Below are positions 1 to 11,737 of a stretch of 64,000 nt of DNA, one piece after another. The first letter of the stretch is position 1. The number at the start of each line of letters is the position of its first letter. Origin of the DNA: Felis catus (Eukaryota); the NCBI RefSeq assembly GCF_018350175.1, contig NC_058368.1, positions 138,820,001 through 138,884,000 on the forward strand, in the 5' to 3' direction. A program made the position numbers and the translations under genes. The notes beneath the pieces are model-generated. The model did no database searches. It was not told where the DNA came from and saw only the letters and a program-made list of their open reading frames with translations.

Positions 1-239
1 ATGTGTGTAGACACCTACACACGTGCTTCTCATTACATTGCTTGTGTATTCTCATTTCCCTTATAAAACCCTCTGCCCCAAAAAACCACATGGAACTACA
101 TGGATACATACATAGCTGCCGATCACCCACCCTGACGGGTGGTTAGCAGGTGTGTGCAATATGTTGCTACACTAGCTCATCCAATAACAAGGTGCCATTA
201 AGGAGTCGAGAGCACTGCCTGCAAAAAGGGGACTCTGCC

Positions 240-325
240 GCTTAGCTCTGACACTCAGTAGCCATGTGACCTCAAACTAGTCGTTGGCCTCTCTAGGCCT
301 CTGTTTTCTTGTCTATAAAAAGACA
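240..325 (+). mobile_element. MIR fragment
   Basis: TAGCCATGTGACCTC...CTCTCTAGGCCTCTGTTTTCTTGTCTATAAAA. Confidence 0.6.
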
Positions 326-1836
326 GAAGTAGATTACTGGCGCTGGTCATTTCTTTTGCAGCCTCAACATTCGAGATTCCGTGCAACTACAAATGACTTA
401 ATCACCACCAGCAGCTAAACAGAGCACATGCATCCAAGCCAGAGGCTAAGCAGACTCTGTGGCTGACCGTAGCCAAACTTAGACCTTAATGTGGGGTTCT
501 TTTTACAGTTAGTTTTGGAATACACTCAAAAACCAAAAGGAAGTTGGATTCCGATCCCTCGGGCAGGCCAGTAAGCATTCTCCAAGGGCCAAAGATAAAC
601 GTGCAAGCCTTGGGGAGAGCCAGGAGAGGTATGGCTGCTGCGTACCAACAGTAAACTGCACAGGAGTCCTACGGATGGGGAGCCCCGGCTTCAGGCTCAG
701 AGAAGCGGGATGATTACCCAGCTCAGCCTCTGAAAGCAGACCCGACCAGGCACCCAGCTTCCCTCTGGGCACCAGACGCCGCTATGCTAACCACCGCTCA
801 GCATGAAGACACATGAGTCTTGAGCTACCTACCCCCTCCCATATGCTGCAAAACTCCAGTTGCTCCCCAGACTAAGTAAAAACATCAGGATTTATCAGAA
901 TGCTGATGGGTTTTCAGAAACAGAAAGATTGGCTCCGTGAATAGAAGAAAGCAGTTCTTTGAATAATATGACACAGCTTGAGGGCCTGCCGAGGGTGAAT
1001 GGAAATTAAAATAATCAAAATCAATGGTAATAACGTGCTCGAGAAGCAGTTCTGAAATGCAGATTACCCACTCAGCAGCCAACTCACTAATGACATTAGA
1101 TAATATGAAATACAAACAGGAGAGAAAACAATCTAAGCCAATTACGCTGAGTATGCTTCTGACATCAAAAGGTATGGCAGATGAAGCTGAATTTCCATAT
1201 ATTAATATTTAAGCCAGTATAGAATAGAAAGTAATGCACATAATGAAGACCCCCTAGATTTGAGTACACGTAGCTAAAATCTCTAATCAAGCAAAGAACG
1301 TTTTTCTAAATGATAATTAGCAGCAATCATGTTCTTGACGTGCAGGATATTATGAAGTACAAACTGCAGCGTTAAAAAAAGATGCGGAAAACCAGAATTG
1401 TATTTCTTGGCTACGGCACACCGAGTGTAATAAACCGAGCAACTTTAGAGTCTCCCTCCCCACGCCTTAACAATAAAATGCACCTGCAAAGAAACCATTA
1501 CAGGTGTCACTGGTGTGGTCACAAAGTGTGATAGTTACCCAAGAAAGACCGTGAGGAATAAGTAGTATGCTCCATGCCTGAGAAAGAAAGGAGGGGAGAA
1601 GGGAGAGGAAAGAGAAAATCTGTAAGAATGGGAATAAGGAACTAGAAGTCTACATCTCCTAGAACAACTCTGCCCAGGCCTTTTTATTTCTCGGTTCGCA
1701 AATAAGCACACGGAGCAAGGTAGACTCCCTGCCAAGTGAGCAGTGAAGAATGTGAGCATCGTTTGTTTCACTACCTCTGTTCAATTACGAGTTGAATAAC
1801 TAGCGGAAGCAGCAACATACATTCACAATTACCTCC

Positions 1837-1873
1837 TGCACATGCGTGCGCGCGCGCACACACACACACACAT
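1837..1873. repeat. compound (CG)n(CA)n alternating purine-pyrimidine tract
   Basis: TGCACATGCGTGCGCGCGCGCACACACACACACACAT. Confidence 0.9.
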
Positions 1874-2179
1874 CCCATCCAGAGGATATTGACAACTCCT
1901 GGTACGCCAGATGCTTTGTAGGAACAAAGCAGGGTTGGGCCATGTGACAATGGCCGTGAAGACAACATGATTTTCTCACACTACTCCTCTCTATATATGT
2001 CTTTCTTTCAGCTCTTTGGTAATGTACAAAACTCTGCTGTTATCTGCAGGACGAACCACAGCACAGAAACAGAAAGGTGACTTTCCTGAAGTCTTGTGGT
2101 TGGTTGGTCCCCAGGAGCACCATGGAAGACGTACAACAATGTGTTTTCACTCACTGCCTTTAGAATACACCTCAGAAGA

Positions 2180-2410
2180 GGGGCGCCTGGGTGGCTCCGT
2201 AGGTTAAGTATCGGACTCTTGATCTTGGCTCAGGTCATGATCTCGTGGTTCGTGAGTTTGAGCCCACATCGGGCTTCACGCCGTCAGTGCAGAGCCTGGT
2301 TGGATTCTCTATCTCTCTATGCCCCACCCCCTATCATGCCCCCGTCCTCTCTCACTCTCACTCTCTCTCTCCGTCTCTCTCTCTCTCTCCCAAAAATAAA
2401 ATAAACTTGA
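2180..2410 (+). mobile_element. Can-SINE
   Basis: GGGGCGCCTGGGTGGCTC head, (CT)n, AATAAA tail. Degenerate TSD (ACACYTCAGAAGA). Confidence 0.95.
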
Positions 2411-2810
2411 AAAAGACACTTCAGAAGAGTTGAAATTTAAACCCAGCATCGGCACTGGAGTGGAACACCAGTCTAGAAAACCAGCCCTGGTGTGACAAAT
2501 AATTGATTCCTGACGCCCCAGAGATTTTTCCATCTGAATTATCATACCAGTGAAGTTCCCTTTAATGTCATATTAGATAACAAAGCCAGGCTTTATTTTC
2601 AATCTCACATTTCACTACCACCACTAACAACAATAATGATACCCTTTAAAAATAAAAATCCCAATGAATTTTGAAATTTTAAAACACAAATAAAAATTCC
2701 AGGCTAATTTCATTCAGTGCTGGGTGCCAATCTGTTGGCCTTTCAGCCGCCGCATGGGCCTGAGGCAGCAAATCCAGAAAATTTTGGTGCCGAAAATACA
2801 GCAAAACCAT

Positions 2811-2900
2811 GAATGTACTTAATACCACTAACCTGTATGCCTAGAAATGGTCAAGATAGTAAATTTTATGTGTATTTTACCACAAGTTCTAAAAATGGGA
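2811..2900 (+). mobile_element. L1M 3'-end fragment (L1MB-like)
   Basis: GAATGTACTTAATACCACT...AAATGGTCAAGATAGTAAATTTTATGTGTATTTTACCACAA resembles L1MB termini. Confidence 0.7.
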
Positions 2901-2999
2901 AAGACAAAAAAAACCTTCCAGAAAACTCAAGAAAAAGCGTGCCTGAGGCTGATAATAAAGAAGGCAAAAAAACAACAGTGGTTAGAAGAAGCAAATGGA

Positions 3000-3209
3000 G
3001 GGGCGCCTGGGTGGCGCAGTCGGTTAAGCGTCCGACTTCAGCCAGGTCACGATCTCGCGGTCCGTGAGTTCGAGCCCCGCGTCGGGCTCTGGGCTGATGG
3101 CTCGGAGCCTGGAGCCTGTTTCCGATTCTGTGTCTCCCTCTCTCTCTGCCCCTCCCCCGTTCATGCTCTGTCTCTCTCTGTCCCAAAAATAAATAAAAAA
3201 CGTTGAAAA

Positions 3210-3240
<31 letters not shown>
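3000..3240 (+). mobile_element. young felid Can-SINE
   Basis: CpG-intact head, long A tail, TSD AGAAGCAAATGGA. Confidence 0.97.
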
Positions 3241-3241
<1 letters not shown>

Positions 3242-4242
3242 GAAGCAAATGGATGCACCCGGTGTGGAAAAGCGATACCTCATAGGTTTCACGGGGACCT
3301 CATGTTCTAGCATATTACTTTCCACTTTTCCTTGCTTCTTATATGCAGCCAACATAGCTGGTTGTTGATTTCCTAGCAAAAGCTGCTTTTCAAACAATTA
3401 CATTGTGCTGCTGGTAACATCTGACCCGCGTACCTCAGACCTCCTACTGGGGACATGTCAGACCCCGAACTTCCCTTGTTTTGACTACTCTTTACCAAGT
3501 TGCTTTATTCACGCTGTGTTGCCTGGTTCTCTAGTCCGTCATAGATGTTCTACTATCTGCCTCCAATCTGGAGCAGAAGAACACGACAAGATGCACACTT
3601 TTCCAACACGTTGCTTTACAGATTTAAGGGAGAACCAGGGCTGCATCTAGATGAGAGAAGAATCTTCTGGACAACTCCCACCACCATGGGACACAAAATA
3701 ACTAGGTAATCATGAGCTGAAACAAGAATCCAAAATGAGCCTTTGAAAAACAGCCTGTGTGTTTAATTGAGATTTAACATAATATTTAGAATACTTACTC
3801 TCAGGCCTGGGTATAAAAAAAGCATCTGGTTGGAAACAAAAATCCGAGAAGACTAAATAATTAAATAAAATCCTCCTGTTGGATACAAAATAGCTAAGAA
3901 TAGCAATCCGCAAAAGCAAAGAAAATTATAATCCTTTGGGTATTCACTGAGCATCTACTATACAGTGAGCAATTTTCTGGGCACGGTAGGAAATAAGGTG
4001 CAAGTAACATGGCCGGGTCACTTGAGAGGTTTGCCTTCTTTTTAAGTCAAGACCAACCCCCAAGCCTTGACTGACCACAAGGTACTGTGTTACATCGTAC
4101 AGATCAGCTCCTGCTCTTGAGTGCTCAGGGAGTTTGGTGATGGGGTTGTCCACGGTGGTATGTTCCTACTTAAACCCTGGGAAAAGGGATGAGTTTGGGG
4201 AGGAGGTTGACATGTATTCATGGCCGCGTCTAAAATACTCTG

Positions 4243-4972
4243 AGAGTGGCCAAAATGAACAAATCAGGAGACTATAGATGCTGGAGAGGATGTGGAGAAA
4301 CGGGAACCCTCTTGCACTGTTGGTGGGAATGCAAACTGGGGCAGCCGCTCTGGAAAACAGTGTGGAGGTTCCTCAAAAAATTAAAAATAGACCTACCCTA
4401 TGACCCAGCAGTAACACTGCTAGGAATTTACCCAAGGGATACAGGAGTGCATAGGGGCACTTGTACCCCAATGTTTATCGCAGCACTCTCAACAATAGCC
4501 AAATTATGGAAAGAGCCTAAATGTCCATCAACTGATGGATGGATAAAGAAATTGTGGTTTATATACACAATGGAGTACTACGTGGCAATGAGAAAGAATG
4601 AAGTATGGCCCTTTGTAGCAACATGGGTGGTATTGGAGAGTGTGATGCTAAGTGAAATAAGCCATACAGAGAAAGACAGATACCGTATGTTTTCACTCTT
4701 AGGTGGATCCTGAGAAACTTAACAGAAACCCATGGGGGAGGGGAAGAAAAAAAAAAAAGAGAAGTTAGAATGGGAGAGAGCCAAAGCGTAAGAGACTCTT
4801 AAAAACTGAGAACAAACTGAGGGTTGATGGGGGGTGGGAGGGAGGGGAGGGTGGGTGATGGGTATCAAGGAGGACACCTTTTGGGATGAGCGCTGGGTGT
4901 TGTATGGAAACCAATTTGACAATAAAGTTCATATATTGAAAAAAATAAAAATAAAATAAAAATAAAAATAAA
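4243..4972 (+). mobile_element. 5'-truncated carnivore/felid LINE-1 (ORF2 C-terminus, 3'UTR, A-rich tail)
   Basis: ORF 4246-4713 is the L1 ORF2p C-terminus ([20 protein letters not shown]...PKCPS). It is followed by a G-rich 3'UTR, AATAAA and a (TAAAA)n tail. ACTCTGA is repeated on both sides as a partial TSD. Confidence 0.95.
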
Positions 4973-5499
4973 AACTCTGATAGTCACTACCATAAAATCT
5001 GTGTCAAATCATGTTGCTGAGAGCTTCCTGTTTTGAAGACGAATCATTCCCACAGTTTCAAGATGATGATGTAGCCGCCAATCAGTTTGCAAACTCACAC
5101 ATCCTTCTCATGGTCCTTTCTACCCCAGACATTGTTCTTTCCTTTACTCAGTAAACATTTAATGAGACCTAACTGACATTGTGGACTCAGAGATGCAAGG
5201 TTCTAGTTCACAGTCAAGTAGGAAAATAAAAAGTTAATAATGACAGCCCTCGATGAAGCAAACTAAGGGGGAAGAACTGAATTCTTTATAAAATAATGCT
5301 AGGAAAAATAGGACCTTGTAAGGATAAATAAAATGGAGAAATATTTAATAAGCAAGTACGGCTTTAAATTTGTTTTATCTATGAATCATTTTAGACTAGA
5401 AAAAATACATAAATGCCCGTAATTCCACCATCCATATTTAATAGACATTTAATTTTTCCACATAAAACAACTTAAAATTCTGTCCACCAGATTATGGTA

Positions 5500-6270
5500 T
5501 AAACAAAATTAATATCAAATGATAAATAGGAAAATGTATTTGCAAATAATATAATAAAGGTTTAATAGGTTTAATATGTAAAGAATTGCCATAAATAAGA
5601 AAAGCAATATTATCTAATACAAAGATAGGCTTGTACAATTAGACAATTCTCAGGAAAATGGAACCAGCTAATAAAATTATTAGAAAATTGGGGCTCCTGT
5701 GTGCCTCATTCTTTGAGTGTTCGACTTCAGCTCAGGTCACGAGCTCACGGTTTGTGGGTTGAGCCCTGCATCAGACTCTGTGCTAACAGCACGGAGCCTG
5801 GAGCCTGCTTCAGATTCTGGGTCTCCCTCTCTCTGCCCCTTCCTCACTCACAAATAAATATTTGTGTCTGTCTCTCTCAAAATAAATATTAAAAAAAAAT
5901 GTATTAGAAAATGTTGCATCTTACTAGTAACCAATTACTAATAACCATAGGTATGCCAGTTAAGACAACAAGATACTGTTTTTAAGTACTAGTAGGCATA
6001 TGGAGAGGTGGCGAACTCATAAACCCCTAGGCAGAGAAGTAAATTGAATTATTTTTCAGGAAAGCAATTTTGAAATACATGCATAAAATATTTAAGTATA
6101 TACATTTTGATCTACTTAATTTTACTTCCAGGAATCTTCTCTAACAAAATAATCACAGTCTTGGGAGGATTTAAGTACCAAAAAAGTTATTGTAACATGA
6201 TTTGTGATTGTAAAGTTGAAAACAATTGAAACACCCCAAATAGAGGAATGGTTAAACAAAGGTTCAGAGC
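5500..6270 (+). mobile_element. ancient L1M fragment (L1ME-like) interrupted by a SINE
   Basis: A-rich degenerate ORF2-like sequence (AAAATGTATTTGCAAAT...ATAGAGGAATGGTTAAACAAA). Boundaries are approximate. Confidence 0.6.
5690..5899 (+). mobile_element. Can-SINE (older)
   Basis: Degenerate head, TSD TATTAGAAAAT. Confidence 0.9.
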
Positions 6271-7604
6271 AGTAAGCTATAGATGGGTTAGGGTGTATGG
6301 GTGCGTGCCTGCCTGTTTGGGTGTTATTAGTGCCGAAGGTTTTTGAGTCAGTCACTAAGTCAATTAATGATCAACTGATAATGTTTTTTAGAGAAACCTC
6401 TCCTTTTTTTGTTTTCCAGCTTCCTTGAATGGATTTGTCATCCTTGCAATCACACAAATTAAAAAAAAAAAAGATAGCCTTATTTTACAAATTTTAAGAG
6501 TGAGACACCCCCCTCCCACCCCCTTTCCAGAGTCTGAAAGCTAATAAATGGCTTCTGTGATACGGGAGGCCACATTGCCACACCATCCTGCCTTCGAGAG
6601 AATGTTATTCCTAAACACAATCACCAAGTAATAATGAAGCTTCATATTTGTTAAATAACGAGGCTTGACACAGGGAAGAAAATTATATGCTTTAACGTTT
6701 TGCAGCGACAGATCACCATACTTATTAATAACAATTCCTCACTACTGAGGAATGCCCCAATTTGCCTTTTAATTTTGCATCAGAAAGATAACGTCATGAA
6801 ATTTTATTTTAAATAAACCAGTGGAAAAGAATGTCCAGAAAGGTAGTATTTAGGAATGAGGAAAAGTCCCAAGGAAATTAAAATCTGAAGGCTGTATTTG
6901 TATGTTAAAAAGGAGAAGAGGAAATGAGCTATTAGAGTTCAAATGAGATAATGGGAGATGGTTTTTCCAGCTATTTAATTAGAAAGATCTGCAGACTGGG
7001 ATACTTGTTTGGAAGTTCTGTGTGAATATAAATGAGCATATCACATCGCAGCAATGTCAGTCCAACAGCGTAATATTTTAGTATTTCCTTTTTTTTGCCG
7101 GGAGACAGGGAATTGCACCCTAACTACAATGACGTACCGCTTATTAAAATTTAGATGTCGTACACCCTCAGCCTTCCAGGGAAACTGTGAAAGAGTATCT
7201 GAGCATGAGTAGCCACCAAAATAGTTGATGTGACAGGAGGCACGCTGTGATGAACAAGTTCACTATTGCAAAGAAAGGAGTCCTCTCACTGGCCTGGTTG
7301 GGGTGGTTACAAAAACCAGCATCAAACCCAATTAACCAAAGGCGAGGACAAGCTAGAATATTTAATACAAAAGCCAACGGTCCTACCTGTCTGAGCTTTC
7401 CAATGCACGTACAGATGAGCACATCGGTTTATTCTGAGTAGTTTTTCCCAAATCCTTAATAAATGGGGTCTTAACAATGAAAATGGAACCTCCTAGAATA
7501 ATTAAGTTTAGGAAACACTCTATTATTAAATGTCCTTTGGGGGTGTCTCTTTAGGATAATAAAGTCCTGTAACAAAAAAACATAGTCAACATTTCCGACT
7601 CCAT

Positions 7605-7981
7605 TGTTATAGACTGAATTGTGTTCCCCCAAAATTCTTATGTTGAAGCCCTAACCGCCAATGAAACTTTGGGGGTATTTGGAGATAGAGAATTAAGAAG
7701 ATGATTAAGGTAAAGTGAAGTTATAAGGGTGAAGTACTCATCCAATAAGACTGGTGTCCTTGTAAGAAGAAGAGAGACCACGAGTGCCCACGCACAAAGG
7801 AAAGGTCATGGTGAGGAGAGAGCAAGAAACCACATATAAGCCAGGAAGAGAGGCCTCACTGCAAACCAACCTTGCCAGCATTTTGACCTTAGACTTCCAG
7901 AACTGTGAGAAAATAAGTTTCTGTTGCTTCCGTCATCCAGCCTGTGGTGTTCCGCTATGGCAGCCCAAACAGACAAATGCA
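7605..7981 (+). mobile_element. MaLR solo LTR (MLT1B-like)
   Basis: Starts TGTTATAGACTGAATTGTGTTCCCCCCAAAATTC and ends CCAGAACTGTGAGAAAATAAGTTTCTGTTG...GGCAGCCCAAACAGACAAATGCA. Confidence 0.9.
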
Positions 7982-9156
7982 CCACGATTTCCCAAACCTA
8001 CTTGACCATAGAACACTCAGGTCCCAAAGCTCATAGCAACATCTCTCAAAATGGCTCAGAAAATACTGTCCAGGGTGATTCAAAGAATGAAGGTACAGCT
8101 ATCTCCACACCCCTTGCCCGTAAACACTGCAGCCTTCACTGTTTGGTGGCGTAGGGGAGTACAAATTTCCCCTGCTGTCCAGCAGCAGAACATTCCTATG
8201 AAACCTTTGGTAAGCAGAAACGGCATAAAGCAAAGAAGCAATTACCGTTCATTTACATGGGAAACTTTTTGAGCATTCCCAGACCCAAAAAAATAATGTC
8301 CCTCAGGCTTTTCTGGTACCTTAGGATGCATCTTGCTAACCGACCCACAAAATAAATGAAGATAAAGCACAGGTGCCTGCAGAGACCAACTCAAAGCTGG
8401 GGCGGCCTGACGCTGAGATGCTGAGTGTAGTTCCCGGGCAAGGAGCTTGGTGGCGCCACTCTCGGTGCCTGGGGTGCATCTCTAAGGGCAGGTGGCAAAA
8501 CCAACGCAATTTTTGCCTTTCCCCTTTTTTCATAAAAGTGAAAATTCCCTTTGGGTTCCTTGCAGTTAGTGAGAACAGGACAGGTCCTGACGTACGCCTT
8601 TTGCAAAAGCAACGTGGCATGATAGAAACTTTGAAAAAATCAGGGGGTCCCTGTGTTGTTTTCTCAGCGTTCATTCTCTTTATTAAGAAGGCAAGTAAGA
8701 ACTGTATCTGTCAAAATTGTTGGCGTTTGTAACAATGCTTAAAAGATTAACCTTCACTTATCTGAAACCCTCCATTCCACAGCCCTGCTCATTATCAGTG
8801 GTGATGTGTGTTAACATTTACTCAGGCAGTGAACTAAGCATGGCATGGGCTTTAGCTCATGTGCTGTTCCCGACAGCCCCCAGTGCCTGGTACAGAGTTG
8901 ATAAAAGACCGAAAACGAAGAATGTGTTGACCAAGGCCACACAACTGGCAAGTGGTCGATACCGGATTTAAATCCAGGTCCTCTGAAGACCCCATCCATA
9001 TTCACCAACATACTATGCCGCATTGCCTTGTTTCCTTTCTTGGGAACTGATCTAAGTCAAACTGGTCGCTCAGCAATGGGCAGTTCTTGGGGGCAAATAA
9101 TGACAGCCTTTGGAGATTAAAGGTGAGATATCGCATATCAGATTGTGCTACCTGTA

Positions 9157-9374
9157 TTTTATTTATTTATCTATCTGTCTATTTGTTTGTTTGAGACAGA
9201 CAGACTATGAGCAGGGGAGGGGCAGAGAGAGAGGGAGACACAGAACTCGAAGTCGGCCCCAGGCTCGAAGCTGTCAGTGCAGAACCTGATGCGAGGCTAG
9301 AACCCACCAGCCATGAGATCATGACCTGAGCTGAAAGTCAGGACACTTAACCAACTGAGCCACCCAGGCGCCCC
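9157..9374 (-). mobile_element. Can-SINE
   Basis: Ends CTGAGCCACCCAGGCGCCCC on the plus strand, with a T-rich tail at the left. Confidence 0.95.
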
Positions 9375-9433
9375 TTTTTAATGTGTTGGTTTTTTTTTTT
9401 TTTTATTGCCACCTGTATATTATTGATGAAGAA

Positions 9434-9435
<2 letters not shown>

Positions 9436-9478
<43 letters not shown>
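9436..9478. repeat. (CA)n microsatellite
   Basis: About 21 uninterrupted units. Confidence 0.95.
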
Positions 9479-9480
<2 letters not shown>

Positions 9481-9938
9481 GTCTAATAACCTATCCCTGG
9501 AAGCTGAGTGAAACCCTTTTCTCTGTTCTGAGGCTCACCAGCTCACGAGCAAACACTTCGCCTGAGGGGCTCACTCAGAGGCAGGCGTAAGAAAGTCTAA
9601 CAGCAGCAGACCCAGGCCCCTGGTTGCATCAGACTGTGGAGTTCTCTGTGGAACACATGACCAGGCCCAGTAGTGATCTAGGCCTAAGGCTATGGGCCTT
9701 GACAGATCCTTCTATCTCATTCTGATCACGGTAATGGGGACAGAAAAATCTTCTTACCCAACCACGTATCTTGAATACAATCGATACCAGCAATTAAAAA
9801 AAAAATGTATTTCGAACATTCTTTATCTTAATTAGCAAGCTTTCTGGAGTAGATTTCTATAATGATATGTGAAGATGTGATTGCCATCTCTGAACCTCAG
9901 ATTCCTCACTCGGGTGCTTCAAATGCTAATGACTACTT

Positions 9939-10379
9939 CTATCAGTCAGGCTTGTCCAAACAGAACCAACAAGATATGTCTATATAGAGATTTTAATGAA
10001 TGACTATGGAGGCTTGAGGAGCCCAAAATCTGATGGGGGAGGCTGGCAGGCTGGAGAGTCAGGAAAAAGTAGAGTGTGAGTCCAAAGGCAGTCTGTTGGG
10101 GACCAGGAAGGACAGATGTTGCAGAAGAAGCTGGAAGGCAGAGTGCTGGCAGAATTCCTTCGTGCTTGAGAGAGGTCAGTCTCTGTTCTATGAAGGCATT
10201 CGACGAATCGGATGAGGCCCCCTCACTTCATGGAAAGTATTCAGCTTGACTTAAACTCCACCTATTTAAATGATAATCTCATTCAAAAAATAGCTTCGCA
10301 GAAACATCCGGAATGATGCTTGACCAAATATCTGGACACTGTGTCCCAGCCAAGCTGACAAATAAAATTAACCATCATC
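9939..10379 (-). mobile_element. ERVL solo LTR (MLT2-like)
   Basis: Ends CCAGCCAAGCTGACAAATAAAATTAACCATCA, the reverse complement of the MLT2 start. Also similar to 61603-61750. Confidence 0.85.
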
Positions 10380-10502
10380 CCATCCCAATAATCGCTACCC
10401 ATATATTATACTATTATACTAAAGTATCTTAAATAAATTTCCACACTGTACTCTTGATATTAGATGAAGCTCCTGTTAAAAATACTGACCACCCCCCCCC
10501 CA

Positions 10503-10720
10503 GGGGTGCTTGGGTGGCTCAGTCAGTTAAGCATCCAACTTCGGCTCAGATCACGAACTCATGGCTCATGAGGTCAGGCCCTGTGTCGGATTCTCTGCTG
10601 ATAGCTCGGAGCCTGGAGCCTGCTTCGGATTCTGTGTCTCCCTCTCTCTCTGTCCGTCCCCTGCTCGTGCTCTGTCTCTCTCTCTCTGTCAGAAATAAAC
10701 GTTTAAAAATTTTTTTTAAA
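10503..10720 (+). mobile_element. Can-SINE
   Basis: Head, (CT)n and tail present. Approximate TSD AAATRCTGACC. Confidence 0.95.
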
Positions 10721-10724
10721 TGCT

Positions 10725-11045
10725 GACCCCCTAAAAATCCGAGGCTTAAAAGAATGCCTTTATTTCTCTCTTGTCACAAAAAGCCCCGTATGAGGGCTCC
10801 AGGCCAGCTGCTCTCTGCTGTATGACATCTATGAGACATCCACTGCCATGGTGGCTCTTCTGTCTTGAGCACCAGCTTCCAAGGCTATTCTAGCCACTGA
10901 AGCCCACAGGTCTGGAGAAGGAGCATGGTGGACGGGGGTTCTATTGGCCAGGCTGGGAAGTGACCCGTGTCACCGCAGGAGAAACCGGAGAATGCCATCT
11001 GGGCGTGTGATCAGGAAGAACAGGATGCTTAGCGGTCTCTGCCGC
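10725..11045 (-). mobile_element. old MaLR LTR fragment (MLT1K/L-like)
   Basis: CCCTAAAAATCCGAGGCTTAAAAGAATGCCTTTATTTCTCTC resembles antisense old MLT1 ends. Highly degenerate. Confidence 0.45.
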
Positions 11046-11160
11046 ACGCAAAATGAAAGCAGAAGCGTCTTTGGTATATTAACTCCAAATTATCTTCAGA
11101 GCCTTTCCTTCTCTTCAAAATTATCTCCTTCATTTCGCAGTTCACTTACCTGGTCTGCAG

Positions 11161-11737
11161 GGTTCAGAGTACGGGCTCTGGATCAGCCCACAGGGGGCCT
11201 ATCCCGGCCCTGCCCTTAGCTGTGTGACTTTGGACATGTTGTGAAATTCGTGGAGCCTCTGTTTCTGCGTCTGTCCCCAGCTCCTAGGAGTACTGACAGC
11301 TTATGGCGCTCAGAGTTGAGAGTTGACCTTGCTAAGGGTCACACCCCCTCCTGGGGACATCTGATATCCACTGACCATTGAGAGGCATCGAGGATGTAAA
11401 AACCTTGTTGCCTCGCCTCAGATGGGAACGCTCAAGTGCCTTCCCAGCTCCAGAGCTCTCTCAAAGATCAGCAGAGACCTTTGCTGCAGCTACCTGGCAG
11501 TGTAACCCTTCCCCCGCCACTGTCCCCCTGGCCCCATGCCCTTCGAAACCCACAGGGGCCGACCTCAAAAGCATTCCCTCATAAACTTTCTGCACATGCC
11601 TCTCCATCTCAAAATCTGATTCCTGGGGAATCTGACCAAAGGCACAATCTCATGGGCTTGTGAGGATTCAAGAGAGATAAGCCTTGTAAAGCGCTCAGAA
11701 AAGAGCCGGGCTCACGGTAAGCAATTCAATGAGTTAT
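11161..11737 (+). mobile_element. MIR split by the LTR16-like element (parts 11161-11274 and 11646-11737)
   Basis: The left part has the MIR core (CTTAGCTGTGTGACTTTGGAC...GAGCCTCTGTTTC). The right part continues the MIR (TGTGAGGATTCAAGAGAGATAAG...GTAAAGCGCTCAGAA). Confidence 0.7.
11275..11645 (+). mobile_element. ERVL LTR16-like element
   Basis: 3' end ATAAACTTTCTGCACATGCCTCTCCATCTCAAAATCTGATTCCTGGGGAATCTGACC resembles the LTR16 terminus. Confidence 0.75.

Noticed and set aside
3000..3080. tRNA-like A and B boxes at SINE heads
   Set aside because: These belong to tRNA-derived SINEs and are not tRNA genes.
2847..3248. Recurrent ORFs such as GAPGWRSRLSVRLQPGHDL..., MNGGGAEREGDTESETGSRL... and GQRETEHERGRGRERGR... 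throughout the window
   Set aside because: These are translations of Can-SINE copies in different frames, not a gene family.
11186..11200. CTCF-like CCCACAGGGGGC
   Set aside because: Only a partial match, and it lies inside a MIR.
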